This document shows positions 27,232-37,703 of a DNA stretch of 64,000 bases, one piece after another (the stretch's first letter is position 1; each line of letters starts with the position of its first letter). The notes under the pieces were generated by a model. The model had not been told where the DNA came from. It did no database searches and saw only the letters and a program-made list of their open reading frames with translations. The stretch covers positions 5,770-69,769 of the forward strand of contig DUEL01000055.1 of the NCBI GenBank assembly GCA_011192125.1, given 5' to 3'. The translations under genes and the position numbers were made by a program. The DNA is from Thermoflexia bacterium. GTDB taxonomy: Bacteria; Chloroflexota; Anaerolineae; B4-G1; DUEL01.

Positions 27232-29444
27232 TTTTCGTCCGTCGGAGGAGAAGGCATCACGATCTCATCCGCTGCGGGGATCGGACCAAGCGGCTTGGTC
27301 AATCCTTCGCGCACACCTGCCCAGAAATACTTGAGCATGCGCCCGTTCCCCTTGACCAGCTCTCGGAGCATAAGGAACCCTAGATGAACAAAGAGGGAGA
27401 GGAGGGCGGGTCGGCCATGTCGGCGGTAGAACCGCGTACTACTTTCTCCCCAGACTTTCCAGAACAAGGCCTCTTTCCCGGTCTGTCTGGTGCTTTTGGA
27501 TACTTTATGCCACATCCGTGCGTCGGGCACGAAGAGGATTCGCAGACCGTGGGCGCGTACGCGGTGTGAGAAGTCCCAATCGTCGAAGAAGAAGAAATAG
27601 CCCGGGTCAAACAGACCCGCCTTTTCAAAAGCACGGCGGTGAATCAGTAACCCACAACTCAGAGCGTATTCCAGATAGAAGGGTTTATCAAAGGCTGCGC
27701 TAGGTCGGTTTTGTCCTACGATGATGTGAGCAGGCGGGAAAGCGCGGTACCGACCACCCGCCGCCCAGATCACCTCAGGATCATCATAGTATAGGACTTT
27801 AGGCATTAGGATACCTACATTCGGGTCGGCCTCTGCTGCCTCTACCAGGCGGCGTACCATTTGGGGGTCTACGACAGTATCGTTGTTCAGCATCAGGATG
27901 TATTCTGCCCCTGCCTGCAGGGCGTAGCTGAAGCCGACGTCGTAACCCCACGGGACACCTAAATTGCGCCCTGTTTCAATGAGGTGCACGTTTGGAAACT
28001 CAACCCGGATTCTCTCCGGTGTGCCATCAGATGATCCGTTATCTACGACTACGATGGATAAGTTCTCGTAGTCGCTCTTATGAAGCGACTCCAAGCATTC
28101 TCGCGTGTCGTCATAGTTGTTGAAGGCAAGGATCACCGCGTAGACGGCGGGTACTCCGGATGATTCTTTCATAGGCGTTCTCTCCACAAAAACATGTGAT
28201 AGACCTGGGGCCAACCTAGTGGTTAGAGCCAGCGCGTTGGCATAGATGTCGTCCAATTCCAGGTGCTGGAACTCAGCTGATCTGCCCAGTAGATGCAGGT
28301 TGCTGTAACGCCCTAGGATCTCTCTGGCATAGGCAAGATGATCAGTATAGGTAAGATCGTAAAGTGCATAGCCGTACTCCTCATGGAGCACCTTTGTATC
28401 GAGGACCTCTCCGGGGCGCACCAGACCACAGCGAATCACATCGTCGACGACGCGTTGTACTATCTCTGGGTGTTTGCTAGTGACTTCTGCGCACAGAACA
28501 GTACGATCACGTGGTTGGTCAGCCGCGCTAAGATTCTTGAATTCGACCAGCCGATTGATAGCGAAGTCCTTGTCGATGAAGTAAATCCAGTGGTTGTCCG
28601 AGACCAACGGCCGATCAACGAGCAAGTAAACGAAGTCTACGCTTTGATAGGCCAATGGAAAGGTGTGACCAAGCATCTCTCCCAAGACAGTTAACGGGAG
28701 TGTGGAGATAATTTGATCGAAGGTCTCTTCTCTGCGTTTCCCTTCATGCTCATAGATGACTGTCTCGATATGGTCCCCATAGGTCTCAAGAGCACGAACT
28801 GGGGAGTTCAGCCGCACGTGATCACGAATGTCTCGATAGACTCGTTCTAAGATGGCGCCGAAGCCACCATGTATGGGGTAGTAGAAGTAGCCAAAATGTT
28901 TTTTGGAACTTTCACGTACGAGGTCCAGGGGGCCGGAGATGCGTACCTTGCGACGTGCCCAATCCACAGAGATCTGATCGCCGGTTAGGCCGAACATTTT
29001 TTCGGTATAAGGGCGGAAGAAGAACTGATTAAGTGCGGCACCGTATCTACGATTCACGAAGTCATCAAAAGAGTTCTCGGGAGTATGACGCGGGCGGAAA
29101 AGATAACTTAACGCGATGTTCGCTGTAGTGACAGGAAAGTATCGGTATAAGATTTCGACGATGTTGACTGGATCACGTATCCATTTGCCTGCCAGGTACA
29201 ATCGACTGCGGCGAATGTGACGACCCATCGGCACAAGTGAGAGTAAGTGACGGAGCACCGTCTCATCTTGAGTAAAGAGCCGATGGGCACCAAGGTCGCA
29301 AGTGAAATTATGCCATCGGAAGCTGCGAGAGATACCACCGACATATGGGCGCGCCTCAAAGACGGTGACATCCACGTCACGCTGGTGTAGCAACCACGCG
29401 GCAAACAGTCCAGCAGGTCCGGCTCCCAATATACCCACTTTCAT
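27228..29444 (-). CDS. Fusion protein: N-terminal FAD/NAD(P)-binding oxidoreductase (UDP-galactopyranose mutase/amine-oxidase-like) + C-terminal GT2 glycosyltransferase
   Basis: MKVGILGAGPAGLFAAWLL dinucleotide motif; C-terminal VYAVILAFNNYDDTRECLESL...VVDNGSSDGT, NNDT, DDWDFSHR GT2 motifs. Confidence 0.7.
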   Translation of the reverse strand: MKVGILGAGPAGLFAAWLLHQRDVDVTVFEARPYVGGISRSFRWHNFTCDLGAHRLFTQDETVLRHLLSLVPMGRHIRRSRLYLAGKWIRDPVNIVEILYRYFPVTTANIALSYLFRPRHTPENSFDDFVNRRYGAALNQFFFRPYTEKMFGLTGDQISVDWARRKVRISGPLDLVRESSKKHFGYFYYPIHGGFGAILERVYRDIRDHVRLNSPVRALETYGDHIETVIYEHEGKRREETFDQIISTLPLTVLGEMLGHTFPLAYQSVDFVYLLVDRPLVSDNHWIYFIDKDFAINRLVEFKNLSAADQPRDRTVLCAEVTSKHPEIVQRVVDDVIRCGLVRPGEVLDTKVLHEEYGYALYDLTYTDHLAYAREILGRYSNLHLLGRSAEFQHLELDDIYANALALTTRLAPGLSHVFVERTPMKESSGVPAVYAVILAFNNYDDTRECLESLHKSDYENLSIVVVDNGSSDGTPERIRVEFPNVHLIETGRNLGVPWGYDVGFSYALQAGAEYILMLNNDTVVDPQMVRRLVEAAEADPNVGILMPKVLYYDDPEVIWAAGGRYRAFPPAHIIVGQNRPSAAFDKPFYLEYALSCGLLIHRRAFEKAGLFDPGYFFFFDDWDFSHRVRAHGLRILFVPDARMWHKVSKSTRQTGKEALFWKVWGESSTRFYRRHGRPALLSLFVHLGFLMLRELVKGNGRMLKYFWAGVREGLTKPLGPIPAADEIVMPSPPTDEK

Positions 29445-29630
29445 CTCGATTCGCTCGTCTTGCTTTCCCGAGTGACTTTAGGACGAAAACGGTATCAAAT
29501 CCGTTCCCATTTTAAGGTGCCTGCTCTGTCGATGTAATTGAAGAAGCCATCTCCATACCCGACATCAAGTATTGGGCTAGTCTGGGTGTGGGTGAGAACA
29601 AGCCGGCGATAATAGGCAGCAAAGTGAGGA

Positions 29631-30830
29631 TTATGCTCTCTCATACCCATAGATACGAGTGAAATCGTGCACTAGTCTATCCCAATAGAACCGCTCTCGG
29701 ATCGCCAGTGCTTCGGCGGAGAGGCGATCTCTGAGTGGTTCATCCCTCAAGAGAGCTATCATAGCCTCGGAGAGCGCAACTGGGTCCCCAGGCGGAATTA
29801 GCAAACCGCCTCCGTGTGCTAATATCGTGGCTCGGTCTCCCACGTCTCCAGTGATTACCGGGGTGCCTGCTGCCAGGCTCTCCACCACCTTGAGGGGATA
29901 GCGACCATGTTCTGCTAATGTTCCTCGCACGGGATCAACCGAGACTTCGGCCAAGCGGTAATAGAGAGGCACTTCATCGGGGGGAACTCGGCCTAAGAAG
30001 AGCACTCTCCTTAGCCCTAATGCTTGGGCTTGGCGTTGTAGCTTTTCGTAGTCTTCTCCGCCCCCCACCAATATTAATATCGCTCGGCCCTCAGCGCGCT
30101 GGACGAGTGCAAACGCTTCCAGTAGCAAGTCTACAGCATGATTGGCCAAACTGAGGCTTCCTACATAGACTATGACCTTCCGATCCTCCAATCCCAGGCG
30201 GCGGCGGGCTCTCTCGATGTCCACGTCCTTTATAGCGGAAAACCGCGTACGATCTACGCCGTTGGGAACATAGACGATGCGGTCCCTTTGGCATCCTAGC
30301 TGCACCAAGCGTTCAGCCATAAAACGGGTATTAACGGTGACACCAGCCGTAATCCGAGGGAGGGAATTCTCAAAAAAGGCCACTATTCTGCGTTGCCAAC
30401 TCCCGCTGAAGCGGTTGGAGGCAGCTTCGTAATCGTCGCAGTCGAGATAAACTGGCTTTCCTAGCAAGAGGGGTGGCAAGAGAGCCAGTCCGTTCATCGG
30501 ATGAGGTTTGCAGATGTGATATACATCGGTTGGTGTTAACAAAGCGGCCTTCGTCAGCCGTAAGGTGGCTAAGGTAGAGACCAGTATTAGCTGGATTGGC
30601 CCAAAGTAGAGTTTTTGATTGCCTACTTTCCGTACGTGCATCTGCCCGACGTAGTGAACCCTGACACCTCCCTCCACATATTCTTGCTGTTGCAGCGTTT
30701 GAAAGTTGTGGTGCAGTGCCAAGAGGGTCACCTCGTGCCCGAGCCGCACTAACTCCTTGGACAGGGGCCAGTAGCGTCCCAATCCGGACGGACTTTCGAG
30801 GCTCTGCGTGAGCAAGAAAGTGATTCTCAA
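29631..30830 (-). CDS. Glycosyltransferase family 4
   Basis: MRITFLLTQSLESPSGLGRY GT4 N-domain; C-terminal GGGE...E GT4 motif region. Confidence 0.75.
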   Translation of the reverse strand: MRITFLLTQSLESPSGLGRYWPLSKELVRLGHEVTLLALHHNFQTLQQQEYVEGGVRVHYVGQMHVRKVGNQKLYFGPIQLILVSTLATLRLTKAALLTPTDVYHICKPHPMNGLALLPPLLLGKPVYLDCDDYEAASNRFSGSWQRRIVAFFENSLPRITAGVTVNTRFMAERLVQLGCQRDRIVYVPNGVDRTRFSAIKDVDIERARRRLGLEDRKVIVYVGSLSLANHAVDLLLEAFALVQRAEGRAILILVGGGEDYEKLQRQAQALGLRRVLFLGRVPPDEVPLYYRLAEVSVDPVRGTLAEHGRYPLKVVESLAAGTPVITGDVGDRATILAHGGGLLIPPGDPVALSEAMIALLRDEPLRDRLSAEALAIRERFYWDRLVHDFTRIYGYERA

Positions 30831-31927
30831 GCCTGCCTCCTCGTCATTAGGGCCACTAGATCATCCCACGAGGATGGAGGTCGACCGTTGTCCCCCCTTT
30901 CTGGTGGTGAGTCCTGGGTGAAGAAGCGCACGATTGCCTTTGCAAGCGTCTGGCTATCGGCGGGTAACGGGACGTCTTTGGAGTCCAGTACCTTCTGGGT
31001 GGTTATCACCGGTTTCCCCAGGCCTCTGGCCAACTCGACTACGCCGCTTCCAGTCGCTTGCCGGTAAGGTGCCACCAGTACGTCTGCTGCGGAGAAGAAT
31101 AAAGGTATTTCCTCGTTAGGGATGTAGCGATCGTAAAGGAATACCGAGTCGGCGATATTCAGATCTTCTATCAGCCTCAGGTAATCCTCCTTATCTTCCC
31201 AGAACTCCCCTGCTACCACGAGAATCACGTTTCCTAGTTGCTCCCGGACACTGGGCAGTGCGCGCAGGAGGTCTCGTAGCCCCTTGTATTTTCTCACAAT
31301 TCCAAAGAAGAGCAAGACAGGGGTCTCTATGGGTAATCCAAGCCGTTTACGTGCTTCATCTTTGGGAATTCGCTCTCCCGCGAACATATCGTACATGGGA
31401 TGAGGAACCACCGCGATGGGCACATTTGGTAACAGTCTCTGCAGCCGTTCTCTTTCTTCCTTTGATTGCACTACGAACCGTGTTCCTAGTCGCAACACAC
31501 ATCTGGCAGCCAATGCATCCCACCAGCGGGCCTCGTGGGGGAGTACGTTGTGGCAGATATAGACCAATGGTCTTCGCAACAGAGCGCGCTGCAGGGTTCC
31601 TAAGACAATCCACGCAGGTGCCCAGAAACTCGTCCACCATTGGAGGACCAACACGTCAGGCTGGTAACGACAAATGCGCCAGAAGGTCACCAGCCAGCTC
31701 AGCGGATTCAAAGAGTCAATCCAATACCGGGCATCCTCGACCAGAAGCGGCTTTTTACTCGGATCCTTGTCACTATGGCCAGGGAACAGCCAGCGAGGGT
31801 ATTGCCTTTTGAAGGAAATCATCAACACCTCGTGGCCTCGCTTGCGGAGCGCTCGGTAGAGCATCGTCGTGTAATGAGCGATCCCACCACGGTAAGGATA
31901 GACCGGTCCGACGAGCACTACTTTCAT
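30827..31927 (-). CDS. Glycosyltransferase family 4-like (GT1 superfamily)
   Basis: MKVVLVGPVYPYRGGIAHYT N-terminus; GT-B C-terminal half; 4-bp overlap with downstream GT4. Confidence 0.7.
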   Translation of the reverse strand: MKVVLVGPVYPYRGGIAHYTTMLYRALRKRGHEVLMISFKRQYPRWLFPGHSDKDPSKKPLLVEDARYWIDSLNPLSWLVTFWRICRYQPDVLVLQWWTSFWAPAWIVLGTLQRALLRRPLVYICHNVLPHEARWWDALAARCVLRLGTRFVVQSKEERERLQRLLPNVPIAVVPHPMYDMFAGERIPKDEARKRLGLPIETPVLLFFGIVRKYKGLRDLLRALPSVREQLGNVILVVAGEFWEDKEDYLRLIEDLNIADSVFLYDRYIPNEEIPLFFSAADVLVAPYRQATGSGVVELARGLGKPVITTQKVLDSKDVPLPADSQTLAKAIVRFFTQDSPPERGDNGRPPSSWDDLVALMTRRQA

Positions 31928-32021
31928 CTCTTATACCCCGGGTTCCGAGACAGGATCCATCGCTTCGCTTACGGCCCAAGGAGGTAGACTTGGAATGGCC
32001 CAATGGCCTCTCGCTTAAGCA

Positions 32022-32045
32022 CCGAACGTTCCGCAAGTGAACGTT
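32022..32045. promoter_or_regulatory. Two copies of palindromic GAACGTTCC 15 bp apart, candidate operator upstream of GT4 gene 30827..31927
   Basis: accGAACGTTCCgcaagtGAACGTTCCgtc; GAACGTTC is self-complementary; about 95-120 bp upstream of the gene start. Confidence 0.3.
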
Positions 32046-32145
32046 CCGTCAGCGCAGCAGGACCCTGCCCTGGCAGGTAGATGAGCCAGACGCGAGATCA
32101 TCTTTTTACAAGTTCGTCCATCAACTTCCCCTGCCATCCCGCTGG

Positions 32146-34590
32146 CTATTGCCCCGATATCTCTCTGAGCTCGAATATCCACACCAAATCCTGATGATAT
32201 ATCGGCCGAAAGTGCGCGCTTTGTAGAAGCAGTTTCGGATCTAGGACGGAGGGGCCGTTGTAGTTGACCCGCCCCCGTTGCTGACCAATGTAGACGTGGG
32301 TAATGCCTCGCTCCTGCAACACAGCCAGGGTCTCAGGGTGATTAATCCCTGCTTCCTCGATCTGGGCCTTCAGTTCGTTGATCCACTGCCGGTAGTCGTC
32401 CTGGAGCCCCTGCTCCGTTCCATAGTTCAACGGCGGTGCCGTGTTGGCACGTTTGCCCAAAAGTGGAATCCACCAACCAGCATCAGAACCTGCAATCACG
32501 CTTCCCCCATAAGCAAAGAAAGAATTAACCAGAAACCGAGCATCCTCCGGCGTATTCTCCCGGATCCATGCCATCGCTCGAAGGTCGGGGCGGGTGACCA
32601 TCGCATGGCGGTCCACCTGTAGGTCTCCCATACGTCGCCAAGCACCCGTCAGGCCTATTCCCACCAGTAACACCACCGCCAGTAACCTGAGCCATTTCCG
32701 CGCCGTCCACTGAACCATCACTTCTCCTAGCAGCCACCCTATCGATACACCTGCCGGGATATACACCGCGATGAACAGCGCAAAGTTGCTGATAGCCCCG
32801 CTGCCTGGGAGGCGGAGCCAATCTGGGTTGGTTGCAATCAGAAGGAGGAACCACCACAGGGAGATCAGCAGGACGCCTCGTCGTCGTCTCCACAGTCCCG
32901 CGGCGATCGCCACCATCAGGAGCAGCCATCCCACGGGGGCCATAAAGCGAGTGATGTCGCCGATCGCGTTGTACTGACGGGTAAACGACGTAAGATGATC
33001 GGGAGGGGTGGTCATCTGCCGTGCGAAGTTTTTGAGGATCCTTCCTTGAAAGATATGGGAAAACCAGGGCAAGAATAGCACGGCCGCCCCGCTTCCTGCT
33101 CCGCTTATCCGCAGCAGTATGTGATACCAGTTCTGTCGTCTGAGGGAAATCACAATCCAGGCAACGACAAATATGATGTAAAAGATCAAGACTCGATAGT
33201 GAGTCAGCGCCAGTCCCCCTGCGACAACCCAGACCAACGCAGTCAATTTCCAGTTCCATCGAGGGGCCTCAAACAGTGCCCAACTCAACACCACTGCCGC
33301 GGGCAGGATCGTCTGCCCGGTCAGTTGAGTGTACCGCCCCCAGTTCACGTAGAACATCGGCATCGGCAGGAGCAGGCCCGCCACCACGACTGCTCCTACT
33401 CCCGCCCAACGGTTTTGGCTCATCCGGACCGCCAGAGGGTAAAGCGCGAACACCGCCAATCCGTTGAGAATCTGCCCGACCCAAATGACGGCCTGCACCA
33501 CGTCTATCCCAGTTACCCAATGAAAGGTCGCCACAGCCGCGTGGAAACCGAAATGGTAGGTGAAACTCCGAAGTTCGGCATAGGGCTCCCACGAGTCGAA
33601 CAGCCCTTTGTTATCCACCAATAACTGGGCGATCATTGTGTGCTGGTAAGAATCCCCCCACATCGGCGCGTCCAGCGTGCGCACCACCAGCAACCGCACG
33701 CCGAAGACCAGCGCCAGAAGGATCACCAAGGCCAGGTCGGGCCAGAGGGCCTCGGAACGGGCCCACCGTCGCAGGGCTTCCCATCCCTCCCGGGGTCGCC
33801 AGTCCCGATAACGCCAGGCCAGCGTTGCCACCCCGCCCGCCACAGGCAGCCAAGCATAGAGTGGCCCCAGGTGCAGCCCCACCAGGTCGGTCCAGAGCAG
33901 CAGCAGCGGGTACAAAGCCAGGCTGGTCCCCGCGGCAAGCCCCAGCCGCTCAGCCCAGGAGAGTCGTGCGTCCGGCCAGAGCCAGACCAGCAGCGCCCAG
34001 CCTGGCACGATGTAGAGCAGCCCTGCCACCGCCAGCAGCCCTAATCCCTGTACCGTAGCCCGTGCCAGGTCTACGATCATCCATCGGGGATCGTAAACTA
34101 GTCGAAAAGCCATCTGGACATCCAGGGGCTGGTGATCCCGGTAGAGCGCTCCGTCCAGATATGCGTCGCCCGCCGCTCCACCAATGGCTACACTCCCTTC
34201 ACCTTCCATCTCTATGAAGGCGTAGTAATATCGACCGTGGGCATCGGGCAGGGGAGGGAAAGAGAACCGGTAGAAACCGGCCTCCGTCAACTGATCTAGC
34301 GGGAGAGTGCTCGCGGCCAGGTCGTCCGTCGCCTCCGGGTCGGCGCGGAGGTGAATCCGGAGTTCACCTCGCGCCCCCGGCTCCGGTGCCAGCCACACCT
34401 CCACCCCGTTCAGCCCTCCGTGGCGGGCGACGAAGGTCTGCCCTACCGTGTGGCCCGGTTCCAAGAGGGTCGTTACCTCGGGAACGACGTTGACCTGGTC
34501 GCGGTCCACAAAGTTGGAGCACCCGGTAAGTAGAAGCAACATCCCCAGGACAAGCAGCAGGACACTCAACGGACTCCGGCGTCTCTTCAT
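32146..34590 (-). CDS. Large polytopic membrane protein with lipoprotein-type signal and extracytoplasmic domains (GT-C-like glycosyltransferase or polymerase candidate)
   Basis: 814 aa; N-terminal LLLTGCSNF lipobox; more than 12 TM helices in the middle; stop overlaps start of downstream DPM1-like GT2. Confidence 0.45.
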   Translation of the reverse strand: MKRRRSPLSVLLLVLGMLLLLTGCSNFVDRDQVNVVPEVTTLLEPGHTVGQTFVARHGGLNGVEVWLAPEPGARGELRIHLRADPEATDDLAASTLPLDQLTEAGFYRFSFPPLPDAHGRYYYAFIEMEGEGSVAIGGAAGDAYLDGALYRDHQPLDVQMAFRLVYDPRWMIVDLARATVQGLGLLAVAGLLYIVPGWALLVWLWPDARLSWAERLGLAAGTSLALYPLLLLWTDLVGLHLGPLYAWLPVAGGVATLAWRYRDWRPREGWEALRRWARSEALWPDLALVILLALVFGVRLLVVRTLDAPMWGDSYQHTMIAQLLVDNKGLFDSWEPYAELRSFTYHFGFHAAVATFHWVTGIDVVQAVIWVGQILNGLAVFALYPLAVRMSQNRWAGVGAVVVAGLLLPMPMFYVNWGRYTQLTGQTILPAAVVLSWALFEAPRWNWKLTALVWVVAGGLALTHYRVLIFYIIFVVAWIVISLRRQNWYHILLRISGAGSGAAVLFLPWFSHIFQGRILKNFARQMTTPPDHLTSFTRQYNAIGDITRFMAPVGWLLLMVAIAAGLWRRRRGVLLISLWWFLLLIATNPDWLRLPGSGAISNFALFIAVYIPAGVSIGWLLGEVMVQWTARKWLRLLAVVLLVGIGLTGAWRRMGDLQVDRHAMVTRPDLRAMAWIRENTPEDARFLVNSFFAYGGSVIAGSDAGWWIPLLGKRANTAPPLNYGTEQGLQDDYRQWINELKAQIEEAGINHPETLAVLQERGITHVYIGQQRGRVNYNGPSVLDPKLLLQSAHFRPIYHQDLVWIFELREISGQ

Positions 34591-35561
34591 TCTCCCACTG
34601 CCTCCTGTTTGCTGCTTTCTACTTCTTCGAATTCCATCCGCCGCACTCGGTAGAGGATCTCCTCCAGCATCTTCCGGTTCAGCCGGACCAACTCGGCCAT
34701 CAGGCCGATCAGGCAGACCTGGAAGCCCACGATGGTGAGGATGGCCGCCAGGATGAGGGATTGGACGTGCCCCATGCCGCGGCCGACTAGGTAGAAATAC
34801 AGGAAGCGGAGCCCTAACGCTACTCCCCCCGCGATGAGTATCCCTCCGATCGTCGTGAAAACCCGCAGCGGACGGTACATCGTGTAAAAACGAAGGATGG
34901 TGACGGCGGAGAGGGCGAGGAAGGAAGGGATGCTCCGGATGAGACGGGAGGGTCGGGTCTGGGGATTGGTTCGCACGGGGACGTACACCACTTTCATTCG
35001 ACGAGCCCCGGCCTGGATCAGAGTCTCCAGGGTGTAGGTGTACTCGCTGAGGACGGTGAGGCGGAGCGCGGCCTCACGGGTGAAGGCCCGGAAGCCGCTC
35101 GTGGCATCGGGGATGGGGATGCCGGCTGCCCGCCCCACTACCCAACTTCCCCACTGTTGGAGCAACCGCTTGATAGGGGAGAAGTGCTCCAGGGCGGCTA
35201 CTCCCCGGTCACCAACGACGATGTCGGCCCGGCCTTCCAGGAGCGGTTGGACCAGGCGGACGATGTCCTCTCCGCGGTATTGGTTGTCGGCGTCGGTGTT
35301 GACGATGATATCGGCCCCGAGCCGCAGCGCCGTCTCTAAGCCCACGGTGAAGGCGGCCGCCAGTCCCTGGTTCTGTTTCAGGCGGACGATGTGATCTACC
35401 CCCAGTTCCTCCGCTACCTGAGCGGTGCGATCGGTGGACCCATCGTCCACCACCAGGACCTCGATCTCGTCTACCCCAGGGATGGAGCGGGGCAGATCGC
35501 GGAGGGTCTGGGGAAGGGTGGCCTCCTCATTATAAGCAGGGATCTGGATGATGAGTTTCAC
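34587..35561 (-). CDS. GT2 polyprenol-phosphate glycosyltransferase (DPM1/GtrB/ArnC-like) with C-terminal TM anchor
   Basis: [16 protein letters not shown]...[17 protein letters not shown] motif, two C-terminal TM helices. Confidence 0.75.
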   Translation of the reverse strand: MKLIIQIPAYNEEATLPQTLRDLPRSIPGVDEIEVLVVDDGSTDRTAQVAEELGVDHIVRLKQNQGLAAAFTVGLETALRLGADIIVNTDADNQYRGEDIVRLVQPLLEGRADIVVGDRGVAALEHFSPIKRLLQQWGSWVVGRAAGIPIPDATSGFRAFTREAALRLTVLSEYTYTLETLIQAGARRMKVVYVPVRTNPQTRPSRLIRSIPSFLALSAVTILRFYTMYRPLRVFTTIGGILIAGGVALGLRFLYFYLVGRGMGHVQSLILAAILTIVGFQVCLIGLMAELVRLNRKMLEEILYRVRRMEFEEVESSKQEAVGE

Positions 35562-35599
35562 AGCCGGTCATCCCCTCCTGTATCCATCAGAGCGGGATT

Positions 35600-36856
35600 C
35601 TAACATGCCCGGTGGTGGCTGTCAACGGCTTGAGTGTAGAGGGTCTCCAGTTGATCAACATGCTCTTTCAGCGTCATTGGTGGACGAATGGATGCCCGCA
35701 GCCGTTCCAACAAGTCAGGCTCATCCACCAACCGCTGGAGTGCTGCCCGCCAGGCTTTCACATCGCCCGGGGGCACCAGGAGGCCGTCCACCCCGTCCTG
35801 CACCCGGTCGGCCAAGGCCCCTAGCCTGGAGGCTACCACAGGCACGCGGGCCGCGAAAGCCTCATGCACGACTAGTGAGAAAGTCTCATACCACAGGGAG
35901 GGCACAACTACCACATCCGCTTGCGCTAAAGTGCGCCACACCTCTTGCCTGCTCAGTCTGCCTACGAATTGCACATTGGGTGACGCTCGCTCGCGAAGAT
36001 AGGCGACGTAGGCGGGATCGAAGGATTCATCCCCAGCGATCCATAGTTCAGCCGCTCCGTGAACTTCATTTAATGCTTCTACTAGGACATGTACTCCTTT
36101 CTGCCAAGAAAGCCCCCCAATATATGCAAAACGCACCGGCTTGTTCGGGTTAGAACGTGTGCCTGGTACAGGGTCTGGGAAGTCAATCCCGTGTGGAATG
36201 ACCACCACCCTTTCTGCTAGGGCACCCTGCGCTATGTACCAGCGGCGGACGAATTCGGTGGGGGCGACGAGCCAGTGTGCTCCCATCAGCACCCGCCGGA
36301 GTACACGGTTGCGCCAGGCTAGCAGCCCCGCCAGGATCGGAAAGGCGGGCCAGAGCCACGGGCGACCGATGCGTGCCAGGGCACAGCGGGTACAATTCAG
36401 GTATGCCCGCGGGCCGTTGCACACACGCTGGGCATAGTTGGTCAATAGCTGTGCGTTAGCGCAAATCCACCAATAATCATGCAAGGTGAGGATAAAGGGA
36501 ATTCCTCTTTGTTTGAGGAGACGGAACAACGTCGCTGGCAGTCCCATCAGGTGTTGAAGGTGGACGAGGTGTGGCTGCACCTGGTCAAGGACTTGCCTGA
36601 AGGTGTCTGTTATGAAGGCATTCCCAAACGTGCTCAGGAAACGGGTGGCGGGACCAAGCGGCCCCGACCAGGCTACGTGGACCCGGACATCTCCCTCCAG
36701 CCAGGTCTCCTGCCCTGAGCCTGTAGCGCTCCGGCGATAGAAGACTGTGACCTGGTGTCCACGCCGGGCCAGCTCGCGGGCCAGTGATTGGGTGTACCGC
36801 TCGGTGCCGCCCACATGCTCCGGCGGATACTGATGGACAAGGTGCAAGATGCGCAT
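35600..36856 (-). CDS. Glycosyltransferase family 4
   Basis: MRILHLVHQYPPEHVGGTERY; start set at ATG 36856 (ORF opens 36928). Confidence 0.75.
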   Translation of the reverse strand: MRILHLVHQYPPEHVGGTERYTQSLARELARRGHQVTVFYRRSATGSGQETWLEGDVRVHVAWSGPLGPATRFLSTFGNAFITDTFRQVLDQVQPHLVHLQHLMGLPATLFRLLKQRGIPFILTLHDYWWICANAQLLTNYAQRVCNGPRAYLNCTRCALARIGRPWLWPAFPILAGLLAWRNRVLRRVLMGAHWLVAPTEFVRRWYIAQGALAERVVVIPHGIDFPDPVPGTRSNPNKPVRFAYIGGLSWQKGVHVLVEALNEVHGAAELWIAGDESFDPAYVAYLRERASPNVQFVGRLSRQEVWRTLAQADVVVVPSLWYETFSLVVHEAFAARVPVVASRLGALADRVQDGVDGLLVPPGDVKAWRAALQRLVDEPDLLERLRASIRPPMTLKEHVDQLETLYTQAVDSHHRAC

Positions 36857-36870
36857 ACTTCTGCTTATGC

Positions 36871-37629
36871 CTACGTACCCTGGAAAGTACCGGAGATGCA
36901 GACCGAGCTGCTGAGGAGGGTAGGCCACCAGTTGCGCAGGCGGCTGAGGCGGCTAGCGATGCCGAGACGCCGCTCTGGGCGGAAACCAGCCAGCCGATAA
37001 AGCATTTCTACTTGGCGGAAGGTAAAGTAGTGAAGATGACCGGCGTCGAATAAAATGGTGTGGCTGGGGTTATCGGTGAACCCCTCGTTGGGGTACGCTG
37101 CAGCGGTGGTGGGGGCCCGCCCCAACAGCAGGCGTATCCGATGGGGCAGGAAAGCCACGTTAGGCGTCACGGTCACCAGTTGCGTGCCGACCCTGGACAG
37201 GCGGGCCAAAATACGCATAGCACCGATTACATCCACTATATGCTCGATCACATCTGCCCAGATGATACAGTCGAACGGCGAGGTGGCCTTCGCAGCCAGT
37301 CCCTCCAGCGACTCGTTGAGGACAACGCAGTTGGGCAGGTGGCTCAATCCCTGGCGGGCCCGCTCCGCCCGTATAGAGGACAATTCGATGCCAACCACCT
37401 CATCAAAATAGGGTGCCAATGCCGCTAGCACCTCTCCGTGCCCGCAGCCTATCTCCAGCAGGCGACCGCCAGGCCGGGCCAAATACACCACAGCCTGCCT
37501 GCAATCGGTAGGCCATCCACGAACCTCGATAGGCTTCACTCGAACGTCTACCGCCTCTTGGCCCGCGCAATCGCGGTAGACCTCATCGTACTTGGCTGCC
37601 AGCGTCCCGCTGTCTGTCACCCCGGGCAT
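36871..37629 (-). CDS. Class I SAM-dependent methyltransferase (start at 37629 preferred so that a divergent promoter space exists)
   Basis: LLEIGCGHGEVLAALAPYFDEVVGIELS motif I; post-I acidic residue. Confidence 0.55.
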   Translation of the reverse strand: MPGVTDSGTLAAKYDEVYRDCAGQEAVDVRVKPIEVRGWPTDCRQAVVYLARPGGRLLEIGCGHGEVLAALAPYFDEVVGIELSSIRAERARQGLSHLPNCVVLNESLEGLAAKATSPFDCIIWADVIEHIVDVIGAMRILARLSRVGTQLVTVTPNVAFLPHRIRLLLGRAPTTAAAYPNEGFTDNPSHTILFDAGHLHYFTFRQVEMLYRLAGFRPERRLGIASRLSRLRNWWPTLLSSSVCISGTFQGT

Positions 37630-37659
37630 CGTGACTGCCTCGTGAGTCGCCTGTTGTCT

Positions 37660-37688
37660 TTGACCACAAGGGTATACTATGTTAAAAT
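37660..37688 (+). promoter_or_regulatory. Sigma70-like promoter for GT2 gene 37704 (TTGACC-17-TAAAAT)
   Basis: ttgacc acaagggtatactatgt taaaat; about 15 nt before ATG 37704, which lacks an SD. Confidence 0.3.
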
Positions 37689-37703
37689 TTCCAGAAGTCA
37701 AAC

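Noticed and set aside
36784-37053. Small + strand ORFs 36784..37053 and 36788..37000 at the GT4/methyltransferase junction
   Set aside because: They overlap the 5' end of GT4 gene 35600..36856 and the 3' end of the methyltransferase on the opposite strand; no RBS or motif.
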